The notes under the pieces were generated by a model that did no database searches, was not told where the DNA came from, and worked only from the letters and a program-made list of their open reading frames with translations. Positions 50,595-59,157 of a stretch of DNA of 64,000 bases are shown in pieces. Positions within the stretch are counted from its first letter, which is position 1; each line of letters begins with the position of its first letter. The DNA comes from Gammaproteobacteria bacterium. GTDB taxonomy: Bacteria; Pseudomonadota; Gammaproteobacteria; G965277405. The DNA lies in the NCBI GenBank assembly GCA_965277405.1, contig OZ255726.1:1888001-1952000 (forward strand), given 5' to 3'. A program made the position numbers and the translations under genes.

Positions 50595-51429
50595 GGTTTT
50601 TGGCAATCCAATTCACCATAGTCTGTCGCCACAGATTCACACCATGTTTGGGCAACAAACTGCAATACAGATTGACTACCAAGCACAGCTGGTTGCTTTT
50701 GATGATTTTGAACGTGCAGTAGCGTCATTTTTTGCCATGCCAAATAGCTGCGGTTTAAACATTACCGTTCCCTTTAAACAACGTGCATTTGCTATGGCAG
50801 AGACAACCAGCAGCCGCGCACAACAATGTCAAGCTGCAAACACATTGTATATGCGCGCTGGAGTACTCCACGCAGATACCACCGATGGCATTGGTATAAT
50901 GGTTGACCTTGAACGACTGCATTGGGATGTCACCGATGCAGTTGTGGCGATTATTGGTGCTGGCGGTGCCGCACGCACGATTGCAGTTGCTTTAGCACAA
51001 CGCAATATTGGCGCCATGGTAGGGGTGAATCGCACCGTGCAACGTACGCTAGCAATGCAACAATTGGTTGCCCAAGTCAGCGATATTGCATTTACTGTTG
51101 TTGATTTTTCAGCAGCAGTGACACAGCCAATTGATTTTGTCTTCAACGCTACTCCTTTAAGTTTAATTGCCAGCGAAAATACTGTAGTCGCAGGCTGGTT
51201 ACAACAACTTGTAGCAGCAAATCCCACCACGCCAACACTGCGGTGCTATGATTTAGCGTATGCATTGAACGGTGAAACATGGTTTACCCAAACGATGCAA
51301 GGTTTTGGTGCTGATGCGGTCGATGGGCTGGGAATGTTGGTCGAGCAAGCCGCAGCCGCGTATGCAATCTGGCACGGCGTGACCCCCACCACATTGCCTG
51401 TCATCCAACAGTTGAGGAAAAATGCGTAA
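50578..51429 (+). CDS. aroE: Shikimate dehydrogenase
   Basis: GNPIHHSLSP.IH, GLNITVPFK, AANTL, TDG.G, GAGGAAR, DGLGMLVEQAA. Confidence 0.94.
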   Translation: MVGICKVFGNPIHHSLSPQIHTMFGQQTAIQIDYQAQLVAFDDFERAVASFFAMPNSCGLNITVPFKQRAFAMAETTSSRAQQCQAANTLYMRAGVLHADTTDGIGIMVDLERLHWDVTDAVVAIIGAGGAARTIAVALAQRNIGAMVGVNRTVQRTLAMQQLVAQVSDIAFTVVDFSAAVTQPIDFVFNATPLSLIASENTVVAGWLQQLVAANPTTPTLRCYDLAYALNGETWFTQTMQGFGADAVDGLGMLVEQAAAAYAIWHGVTPTTLPVIQQLRKNA

Positions 51430-51688
51430 AGTATATTGTATCAAATTAGCAAAAGAGCTGGAAGGCTTGGATGCTGCTCCGTTTCCAGGTGCTATGGGGC
51501 AGATGGTGTTTGACCATGTTTCCAAACAGGCATGGCAACAGTGGCTCGACCTGCAAACACGGTTGATAAATGAGAAACAACTGCAAATGTTCAACCAACA
51601 GCATCGTGACTATTTGCATGCACAAATGGACTTATTTCTACACAATAAGCAACATGACAGCGCGGTCGGCTATATTGCTCCTGAATAA
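51422..51688 (+). CDS. yggX: Fe(II)-trafficking/oxidative damage protection protein
   Basis: MR.VYC......EGLD..PFPG..G......SKQAWQQWL..QT.LINE. Confidence 0.93.
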   Translation: MRKVYCIKLAKELEGLDAAPFPGAMGQMVFDHVSKQAWQQWLDLQTRLINEKQLQMFNQQHRDYLHAQMDLFLHNKQHDSAVGYIAPE

Positions 51689-51718
51689 TTTAAGTTTCAT
51701 CGCATTACAACCGCTATT

Positions 51719-52621
51719 ATGGACGATGGATTGAGTCCGTTTAGTATTGTGGCACAACAGCAGTTGTTTGCCCAAGCACACCAGCAATGCCTCGCAAAAT
51801 ATTATCAAGAGCATGGTTTTTGTTCGTCGCGGTTACTGGAGGCAGTGCGCTACACCACCGGCAATGGTGGCAAGTTTGTGCGTCCGTTGCTAACACTGTC
51901 GATGAACCAAACGGTAGGTGGTAGTCAGCCTGCAGCGTTGCAAATTGGCAGTGCTCTTGAAATATTGCACACGTATTCGCTCATCCATGACGATTTACCT
52001 GCTATGGATGACGATGCATTGCGCCGTGGTCAGCCAACCTGTCATATTGTTTTTGACGAAGCAACAGCCATCTTAACAGGGGATGCGTTGCAGGCATTGG
52101 CATTTGATGTGCTGATTGACCAAACATATCTGTGTGACGCCGTTAAAGTGGTGTTGACGCAGCAATTTAGTCATGCTGCGCTGGCAATGGTGAATGGACA
52201 AATGCTGGATATGCAAGCAACAGGACAGCAACACAATGCCACGCAGCTTGAGTTTATGCACAGCCATAAAACTGGCGCGCTGATTACTTTTGCATTAGTT
52301 GCAGGGGTGTATTGCGCAGAGCGTATGCCAGATACCCACGTCGTTACCACTGTGCGTCAACTTGGCAAGCTTGTTGGCTATGGCTTTCAAATTGTTGATG
52401 ATTTGCTCGATGTCATCGGCAATCAAGCTGCGCTAGGAAAAACAGTTGGGCAAGATCAACTGCATGCTAAAGCTACCTACCCAAGTATCCATGGTATTCA
52501 AGCAACCAAAGAAAAAATTAAGCAGTTGCGCAGCACAGCACAGCAGCAACTCAGCGCTAATGGCTGGGAAGCCAGTCCAGTTGCCACAGTGATTGACTAT
52601 ATATTTTCGCGTTCGTCATAG
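51719..52621 (+). CDS. ispA: Farnesyl diphosphate synthase
   Basis: GGK..RP, HTYSLIHDDLPAMDDD.LRRGQPT.H, GQMLD, KTGAL, FQIVDDLLD. Confidence 0.93.
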   Translation: MDDGLSPFSIVAQQQLFAQAHQQCLAKYYQEHGFCSSRLLEAVRYTTGNGGKFVRPLLTLSMNQTVGGSQPAALQIGSALEILHTYSLIHDDLPAMDDDALRRGQPTCHIVFDEATAILTGDALQALAFDVLIDQTYLCDAVKVVLTQQFSHAALAMVNGQMLDMQATGQQHNATQLEFMHSHKTGALITFALVAGVYCAERMPDTHVVTTVRQLGKLVGYGFQIVDDLLDVIGNQAALGKTVGQDQLHAKATYPSIHGIQATKEKIKQLRSTAQQQLSANGWEASPVATVIDYIFSRSS

Positions 52622-52762
52622 CATTGTATGGTAATCAACAACGTGGAGCGTCCCAGCGGCAATCCAAGCAAAGTTCAATAGTGGGCATTGTTGATAACAG
52701 CGTAGCAACCGACCGAGTATTATGATACGAATACTGCGGATGCTAAAGCATTGAGCTGTGGT

Positions 52763-54148
52763 TTAATTCAATGCGTATGCAGGAAACCAAGTAATTAGGC
52801 TAGGCCAGATAATCACAATTATCAATAGCACCGCCTGCATTGCCACAAAAGGAATAATCCCTGTATAAATATCGGTTGTTTTTACATCAGCTGGGGCAAC
52901 ACTGCGCAGATAAAATAAGCTAAAGCCAAACGGCGGTGTTAGGAATGACGATTGTAATACAATCGCAAATACCACTCCCAACCAGACTGGGTCAAAGCCA
53001 AAGTGGAATAACGCTGGGGCGATGATTGGAATCAAGACTATCGAGATCTCGATAAAGTCTAAGAAGAACCCAAGGACAAACATCGTCAGCAAAACCATTA
53101 TCAGCAGCATCGTCGCGCTTAAGCCGCTGTCTTTAAACCAGCCGATAATCATTTCGTCACCACCAAAACCTCTAAAAACCAGTGAAAACAAATACGCGCC
53201 GATAAAGATAAACATAATTCTGGCGGTAATTGAAGCTGTGGTAAAGCTAGAATTTTTTAATATTATTAGCTTAAACCTGCCATAAATAATCGAGAGTAAC
53301 AGCACGCCAACACAGCCAATTGCCGCAGACTCAGTTGGGGTGGCAAGACCAAGCAATATCGAGCCTAACACCGATATTATTAAAAATAAACACGGTATAA
53401 TCGAGATCACGAGATACCAAACTATATTCTTATCACCAATTAACTCTTGTTTTAATTCTGTAGTGATGCTCGGCATTAGGTCTTTCTTCCATAGCGCAAT
53501 TGTGAAGATGAGCAGGCAATACAACCCAACTAAAATCAACCCTGGGATTAACGCACCAAAGAATAAATCACCAATCGACACCGTGATTGACGAAAAGTTA
53601 CCCATTTGTGATTGGGCGAGTTGGTATGAATTACTGACAACATCACCAAGAATGATGAGTACAAGCGACGGGGGAATGAGTTGCCCGAGTGTGCCAGCTG
53701 CTGCGACAACACCAGTGGCAAGTTTTTTGTTGTAGCCGTATTGCAACATTGTGGGTAAACAGAGAATTCCAAGCGTGGTGACGGATGCGCCAACAACACC
53801 GGTACTGGCAGCGAGCAACATGCCGATAATGACTACAGAAATTGCCAAACCGCCAGGAATACGGCTAAACGCCACCGCCATGCCGTTAATGAGATCTTTG
53901 GCTAGATTGCTTTGATCGAGCATACACCCCATAAAAATAAACAGCGGTAGGGCAATCAGCAACTCGTTTTGCATTAAACCATAAATTCTGTTGATCCATG
54001 CATCGAAAAATGACATGTCGAATGCACCGATAGATGCGCCCAAAACACCAAAAATTAAGCTGACGCCGGCTAGAGTTGGAGCTACTGGGTATCCTAAAAG
54101 AATCGCGATAAACAGCAGCGCAAATAGCACAAGGGCAAGATATTCCAT
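52763..54148 (-). CDS. dctM: TRAP large permease DctM (second system)
   Basis: LIALPLFIFMG, AASTGVVGASV, GTLGQLIPPS, ATPTE, GFFLDFIEI, SFLTPPFGFSLFYLR. Confidence 0.92.
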   Translation of the reverse strand: MEYLALVLFALLFIAILLGYPVAPTLAGVSLIFGVLGASIGAFDMSFFDAWINRIYGLMQNELLIALPLFIFMGCMLDQSNLAKDLINGMAVAFSRIPGGLAISVVIIGMLLAASTGVVGASVTTLGILCLPTMLQYGYNKKLATGVVAAAGTLGQLIPPSLVLIILGDVVSNSYQLAQSQMGNFSSITVSIGDLFFGALIPGLILVGLYCLLIFTIALWKKDLMPSITTELKQELIGDKNIVWYLVISIIPCLFLIISVLGSILLGLATPTESAAIGCVGVLLLSIIYGRFKLIILKNSSFTTASITARIMFIFIGAYLFSLVFRGFGGDEMIIGWFKDSGLSATMLLIMVLLTMFVLGFFLDFIEISIVLIPIIAPALFHFGFDPVWLGVVFAIVLQSSFLTPPFGFSLFYLRSVAPADVKTTDIYTGIIPFVAMQAVLLIIVIIWPSLITWFPAYALN

Positions 54149-54628
54149 TTATGTAATTCGTAATTTTTGGATGTCTTCAATAATATGTGCAACTGTTTGC
54201 ACAATAAGCAGTGCTGGGGTAATGAATAACAGTGTTTTGATGACGAATACCCCAGGTAGACCGCCAGATTGCAATGAGCCTTCTAATATTGCCCATGACC
54301 TTGCTACGTAGTCGATAGCCAAGTATGCCCATAAGCAAAAGGCTGGCAATGCCAAACAGCAATGACCTATCAGGTTAATGTATAGTTGATGTCGCCTACG
54401 CAAACAATTATATAGCGTATCCACTCGAATATGTTCTCGTTGTTGCCATATCCATGGAATTGCCAACATGAAGGCAAAAATATGCAAATAGCTGCCGACT
54501 TCTTGGATAGCGATTGAACCATAATTAAAGCCATATCGCATCGTTGCAACGAAAAACAACACCAAAAAAAGAGGAATGTTCAGATAGCTGGCATGTTCTC
54601 CCAACCAACGAATCACGTTGGAAAACAT
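54149..54628 (-). CDS. dctQ: TRAP small permease DctQ (second system)
   Basis: MRY.FN.GSIAIQE, HIRVD, SW..LEGS...GGLP. Confidence 0.88.
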   Translation of the reverse strand: MFSNVIRWLGEHASYLNIPLFLVLFFVATMRYGFNYGSIAIQEVGSYLHIFAFMLAIPWIWQQREHIRVDTLYNCLRRRHQLYINLIGHCCLALPAFCLWAYLAIDYVARSWAILEGSLQSGGLPGVFVIKTLLFITPALLIVQTVAHIIEDIQKLRIT

Positions 54629-54891
54629 TAATAAATTAGATTTTTTCACAAAAACTATAGTTATGTACCATGCGCAATTAGGGTAGAGTGTGAACACAAT
54701 AAATCAATCACTGTTTTTCTAAAAAATAGAGCTTGTGTGCGCTTTGACATGTGGCTGGGATGCAACATACAAAGATTGATAGCGAGCTCTTGCTTGCTGT
54801 GCATTTTGCTAGCCTTGTTGGTAAAGATGCTGCGCAGCCTTGTATTCATCACGAGAGCGTATATTTTTTCATGCATTTTTGTTGTACTTAA

Positions 54892-54917
54892 GGAACTTTT
54901 GCTTAAGCAGAGATTCC
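54892..54917. repeat. Collapsed MITE: fused left and right TIRs
   Basis: TTAA|GGAACTTTTGCTTAAGCAGAGATTCC|TT, a quasi-palindrome made of the two element ends sharing the CTTAAG core. Confidence 0.65.
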
Positions 54918-55108
54918 TTCATTTACATTTTACTCAAGAGCAGGTGTAGCGTGTGGTATGAACGTATACATAGGTTCAGATACAGTGAATAAAACAGCAT
55001 ATATAGTAAAACTCGAGTGTGTATAACCCATGTAAAATAAGGGGGAATGAATAAGATGCTTAGGATGCTTAGGAATAAACTACACACAAAGCTACACACT
55101 AATAACAC

Positions 55109-56084
55109 ATGGCTACTTTTAACAAACAACCAAACGGGAAAGTTCGGGCGGCAGTTTTTGCCAGCGGTCGCCGATATACTAAAGTCTTAGACACTGCCAC
55201 ATTAGCCAAAAAATGGGCGGCGACAATAGAAGCTCAGTCTCATGCACCTGTTGGTTCGAATCTGCTATTAAGCGACGTTTTGCGACGATATAGGGATGAG
55301 GTTTCTTCACGTAAGAAAACAGCTATCTACGAGGAAAGGCGCATTAACGCAATTTCTAGCGGTTTTTTGGGACAAATGCGTATAGCGAACATTACAAGCC
55401 CAACATATTGCAAAATGGCGGGATATGGAGCTTGAGCGCGTTCTAACAAGCACGGTGAATAGGTATTTAGGGTTTTTGTTCACCGTTTTTAATCACTCTA
55501 TACGTGAATGGCAAATAATCACCATTAACCCCGTTTCTCAAATTAAACGACCAAAAAACCCCGCGCACCGCGATAGGTTGATTTCCGATGATGAAATTCA
55601 CACAATTTGCAAAGCTCTCAACCACGCCGAGATGCGCCCTACAAATAAAGCTCAAGAGCTTGCTATTATGTTTTTACTAGCAATTGAAACCGCCTGCCGC
55701 TTGGGCGAATTGTGCGGTATTTTATGGGAGAATGTTGATTTAAACAAACGGACAATATTGTTGTTGGACACTAAAAACGGTGACAATAGAGCTGTGCCAC
55801 TTTCAACGCGAGCTGTTGAATTGATGCAACTAATGACTGGGCTATATACAAGATACGTGTTTATCTTGCAAGCTCATAACGCTAGCGTGATGTTCCACTT
55901 ACGAATTGCGCAAACTGGCATTAAAAATTTACGTTTTCATGACACGCGGCATGAAGCTATTACTCGACTTTCTAAAAAGCTCGACGTGCTGGCGTTAGCT
56001 CGCTGTGTTGGGCATAAAGACATCAAGCAGCTAATGACGTACTATAATGAAACTGCTGAGGATTTAGCGCGGCGGTTAGATTGA
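55109..56084 (+). pseudogene. Tyrosine recombinase/integrase (Rci/HP1-like), split by a +1 frameshift
   Basis: ETACRLGE (R), TKNG (K), FHDTRHE (HxxR), VGH, TYY. Removing one C at 55399-55401 joins ORFs 55109-55435 and 55425-56084 (ITSQHIAKWRDMELERV.STVNR). Confidence 0.88.
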
Positions 56085-56153
56085 GGACGCTATAACAGCA
56101 ACTATAAGCATAAGTACTACTGAACCATAGCAAATATAATCGTATTTATTCAT
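56076..56153 (-). CDS. 25-aa single-TM micropeptide (MNKYDYICYGSVVLMLIVAVIASSI)
   Basis: Manual translation; start overlaps the stop of the upstream micro-ORF. Confidence 0.4.
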   Translation of the reverse strand: MNKYDYICYGSVVLMLIVAVIASSI

Positions 56154-56313
56154 TGGTAAACCATGTCGCACAATATATAAAAACACCCACACCAATTAAC
56201 AAGCCACCCTGTCGTTTCTTTTGGTCGAGAGCCATCCCTAAAGCACCACCAATGATAAACCCGGAGGCGACGCTTTTCAAGTCTTGTTTAATCTCCGAGG
56301 TGATATGCATCAT
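56146..56313 (-). CDS. 55-aa hydrophobic micro-protein (two Gly-rich hydrophobic segments)
   Basis: MMHITSEIKQDLKSVASGFIIGGALGMALDQKKRQGGLLIGVGVFIYCATWFTNE; ATGA-coupled to the upstream ORF. Confidence 0.55.
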   Translation of the reverse strand: MMHITSEIKQDLKSVASGFIIGGALGMALDQKKRQGGLLIGVGVFIYCATWFTNE

Positions 56314-56450
56314 GCTTTTCTTTTACGCGAGCAACATTTTGCACGAACTATCCGCCCACCTTTTACAAATCGATAGCCCTTTTTTAAAATGCAGTTACTT
56401 TTACCGCGCATTGCGGTTCCTTTAGTTACACCTCCTCTTTTACGCCTCAT
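56310..56450 (-). CDS. 46-aa highly basic micro-protein
   Basis: MRRKRGGVTKGTAMRGKSNCILKKGYRFVKGGRIVRAKCCSRKRKA; GGAG SD upstream; ATGA overlap downstream. Confidence 0.6.
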   Translation of the reverse strand: MRRKRGGVTKGTAMRGKSNCILKKGYRFVKGGRIVRAKCCSRKRKA

Positions 56451-56508
56451 TTTATTTTAATCTCCAAAAATTCAATTCGCAGCTCAAGCTCTCGCAATAG
56501 CTGACCAT

Positions 56509-56874
56509 TTAAATACAGCTGCTTACATCTTGGATTGTCTTTAGAAGTGCTATTGGAACAGGCACGCATGACTTTAATTGTTTTGGACTCCTATCAGTCC
56601 GCCACCTGTCCCACGCAGCATCTTCTTCAGCCACATTTGCAGCCACATTTGCAGCCAGCTGCTGGCGGCTAAAATAGTTCATAATTTCGTGTAATTTCCA
56701 CCGCAACAAGCACCCGCATCCGCTTCCCAAATCAACTCCGCGCGGAAAATCACTTTTATCAACCAATAAACGCACAGAGCTCGCTGATATTTTAAACAGC
56801 GCACCGATTTGCTTCATGCCGACAAAAGTCACACCGTCACAGTCGAGCACTTTCCCATCTTTAACTTTTTTCAT
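56509..56874 (-). CDS. AlpA/excisionase-like winged-HTH protein
   Basis: GMKQIGALFKISASSVRLLV..DFPRGVDLG....RWKLHEI, the AlpA/Xis FP.P..LG...RW...E pattern; GGAG SD; divergent from the repressor. Confidence 0.75.
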   Translation of the reverse strand: MKKVKDGKVLDCDGVTFVGMKQIGALFKISASSVRLLVDKSDFPRGVDLGSGCGCLLRWKLHEIMNYFSRQQLAANVAANVAEEDAAWDRWRTDRSPKQLKSCVPVPIALLKTIQDVSSCI

Positions 56875-57022
56875 TCCAAACACTCCGTTTTACTCCCCAA
56901 TTCCCACAAATTCCGCTATCTTCCCAAAGTGCGGAGTTATATGCTCCGCACCTGGAGGAATGCAGCGCTTTAGCCCGGGGAAAGGCTGTACATGGCGCAC
57001 TAGCCATTTTGTGAATGCAACC

Positions 57023-57075
57023 ACTCGTTTATGAGTAGTTGTATATAATCTATATACTCATTTATGAGTTGTCAA
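57023..57075. promoter_or_regulatory. Divergent promoter switch with two 14-bp palindromic operators
   Basis: ACTCGTTTATGAGT (57023-57036) and ACTCATTTATGAGT (57056-57069). Leftward TTGACA(57075-57070)-17bp-TAGATT; rightward TATAAT at 57044-57049. Confidence 0.75.
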
Positions 57076-57077
57076 GA

Positions 57078-57356
57078 ATGCTGTCAAAAAAAATAAAAGA
57101 AATACGAAAAATGCAAGAACTGACGCAAATGGAATTCTGCAAGATGTTTGATATAGGCTACTCATCGCTTGGGCATTATGAAAGCGGGCGAAGTATACCG
57201 TCGGGGGATGTTTTAATAAAAATCTGCGCACAATACCCAGAATACGCCGCATGGCTACTGACCGACGACCGCACAGCTCTCAACACCGAACAGACCACAC
57301 CCGCCGCCGAAGCGCTTAAAAAAGCGGATACAACTCTATCAAAAAAAACGGGGTAA
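57078..57356 (+). CDS. XRE-family repressor, P2 C / Pf-phage repressor-like
   Basis: KIKEIRK..ELTQ.EF...DIGYSSLGHYESGRSIPS.DVL.KI...YPEYAAWLLT...Q.TP pattern as in P2 C-type repressors. Confidence 0.85.
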   Translation: MLSKKIKEIRKMQELTQMEFCKMFDIGYSSLGHYESGRSIPSGDVLIKICAQYPEYAAWLLTDDRTALNTEQTTPAAEALKKADTTLSKKTG

Positions 57357-57452
57357 AATTCTATTTTAAATAAAAACTACACAAAAATCACACACAAACC
57401 CCAAAAAACCCAGCAACTACAAGGGTTATAACGTCCGATACAGGGAAATTAT

Positions 57453-59078
57453 ATGGCAAGCCGTCATGATTATATAATTATTGGCGCAGGGCACAATGGC
57501 TTGGTCTGCGCCAATTATCTTGCGAAAGCACGCAAATCTGTGCTGATTGTCGAAGCACGCAATATCGTCGGCGGTGCTGCGGTCACTGAAGAAGTTTTTG
57601 AGGGCTATAAATTTTCACGGTTTTCGTATGTGTTGGGCGTTTTTAGACAAAAAGTAATAGACGAATTGTTTCCTGATAATTGGCGGGAACATGTCCCGCT
57701 ATATAAAGTTGAGTCAACGCTGTGCATTCCAGGAAAAAAAGTCGATGACTTTGTATTGCTGAGCCACGACGCAGACATTTCATACGCCAATATCAAGGCA
57801 TATGCGGGTGAGCAAGAGGCAGAAAACTATACTCGATTGATGCTCCGCATCGCTGATATATCACATAGCATCTCCCCATTGCTCGATACAGCTCCTATCG
57901 AGTCGCTTTGGTGCGCGTTCAAAAAACTGCCGTTGAGTAAGCTACCACGTCAGCAGAAAATTGATGAAGTCATGACATTCCTTAGCTCCAGCTGCGCCAA
58001 CGTATTAGATCAATGGCTAGAAAATGATCGGTTAAAAGCTGCATTGTCATATTCTGGCACTATAGGGATGGCGCTCTCACCGTATAGTCCAGGCACAGCA
58101 TTTTCACAATTGCACCATGTTGCAAATACCATTAAAGACGAGCAAGGCGAACAGAAATTTAGATATTACCCGCGCGGCGGTAATGGCAGCATCACCCAGT
58201 ATTTAGCGCAATTAGCGCAAGAGCGCGGTGTTATTATCCGCTTGCAAGCAAAAGTAAAGCGCATTTTGGTTGACAATAATACCGCACAGGGAATAGAACT
58301 TGCCAATGGTCAAGTGTGTTATGCCCGCAAAGGCGTGATTTCTAATGCGACATACAACGTAACGTTCAAACAATTAATCGATGAGAAAATCGACTTACCA
58401 GCAAGTTTTGCACGCGGGTTGAAGGTTATTCCATACCAAACCAACTGCACAAAAATCAACCTAGTGATTGACAAAATTCCACAATTTACTTGTTTAAAAA
58501 ATGTGCTGCCACTCGATGGCAACTTTACGCAAAACTGTCATGCAGCAGCGCAATATCTGCTGAATGTGATTTTGGCTGGCGATTCAATGGAGCACCTCCA
58601 TCAATGTTATTTAGCAGCAGAGCAAAAAAAGATGTCGACCCAACCAATTATCCAAATGCTAATACCGTCGCTAGTCGACGATAGCTTAACCCCTGATGGC
58701 AGCGAGCACCTCGTTGCCATGCTATTTACCCAATACACCCCGTATGACGTCAAGGGCGGTTGGGATGAAACAAACCGTCAGCAATTTATGAGCAATGTAT
58801 TGCGACGCATCGACAGCTACGCACCAGGGTTTAGCGAATCCATAGTTCACCAAGACGTGTTGTTTCCACCCGATATAGAAACAGTCTTGAATATGACCGG
58901 CGGCAACATATTCCATGGCGCGTTAACGCTGGATAATATATTTTCTGCCAGACCGATGCCGCGCCATTCACAATATCAAACACCTATTGAAAATTTATAC
59001 AGCTGTTCAGCGGCAAACCATCCTGGTGGCGGTGTTTCTGGTGGTCCTGGCCGCAACTGTGCCCAAGCGATTTTATAA
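57453..59078 (+). CDS. Phytoene dehydrogenase-like FAD oxidoreductase (PYROXD2-like)
   Basis: IGAGHNGLVCA, VGGAAVTEE, YPRGG.G, GGNIFHG, ARP...Y.TPI.NLY.C....HPGGGVSG.PG.N. Confidence 0.85.
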   Translation: MASRHDYIIIGAGHNGLVCANYLAKARKSVLIVEARNIVGGAAVTEEVFEGYKFSRFSYVLGVFRQKVIDELFPDNWREHVPLYKVESTLCIPGKKVDDFVLLSHDADISYANIKAYAGEQEAENYTRLMLRIADISHSISPLLDTAPIESLWCAFKKLPLSKLPRQQKIDEVMTFLSSSCANVLDQWLENDRLKAALSYSGTIGMALSPYSPGTAFSQLHHVANTIKDEQGEQKFRYYPRGGNGSITQYLAQLAQERGVIIRLQAKVKRILVDNNTAQGIELANGQVCYARKGVISNATYNVTFKQLIDEKIDLPASFARGLKVIPYQTNCTKINLVIDKIPQFTCLKNVLPLDGNFTQNCHAAAQYLLNVILAGDSMEHLHQCYLAAEQKKMSTQPIIQMLIPSLVDDSLTPDGSEHLVAMLFTQYTPYDVKGGWDETNRQQFMSNVLRRIDSYAPGFSESIVHQDVLFPPDIETVLNMTGGNIFHGALTLDNIFSARPMPRHSQYQTPIENLYSCSAANHPGGGVSGGPGRNCAQAIL

Positions 59079-59094
59079 AAGCGCATCCGCAACA

Positions 59095-59123
59095 TTGACA
59101 TTGACTGATTAGTCAATTATTTT
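59095..59123 (+). promoter_or_regulatory. Sigma70 promoter with BetI-type operator in the spacer
   Basis: TTGACA (59095-59100), 17 bp, TATTTT; palindrome ATTGACT-GATT-AGTCAAT at 59100-59117. Confidence 0.7.
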
Positions 59124-59157
59124 GTTCTTTTAATTTGTTGATTTATTGAACAAGTAC

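Larger units (their letters stand above)
54979..57443. mobile_element. Mini integrative element / cryptic prophage-like unit (~2.5 kb)
   Basis: Contains integrase, AlpA/Xis-like gene and C-like repressor. Paired CTACACA-type repeats occur at both ends (55080-55099, 57376-57397), with a candidate core GATACAG at 54979 and 57437. Exact ends are inferred. Confidence 0.7.

Noticed and set aside
55109-56084. Shufflon/invertible DNA system (integrase is Rci-like)
   Set aside because: No sfx-type inverted repeats with alternative C-terminal cassettes were seen; the xis and repressor context fits integration/excision better.
56862-57007. Cro-like ORF between the repressor and xis
   Set aside because: The minus-strand translation (MASAPCTAFPRAK...) has no HTH signature or clear SD; the region is better explained as a structured leader.
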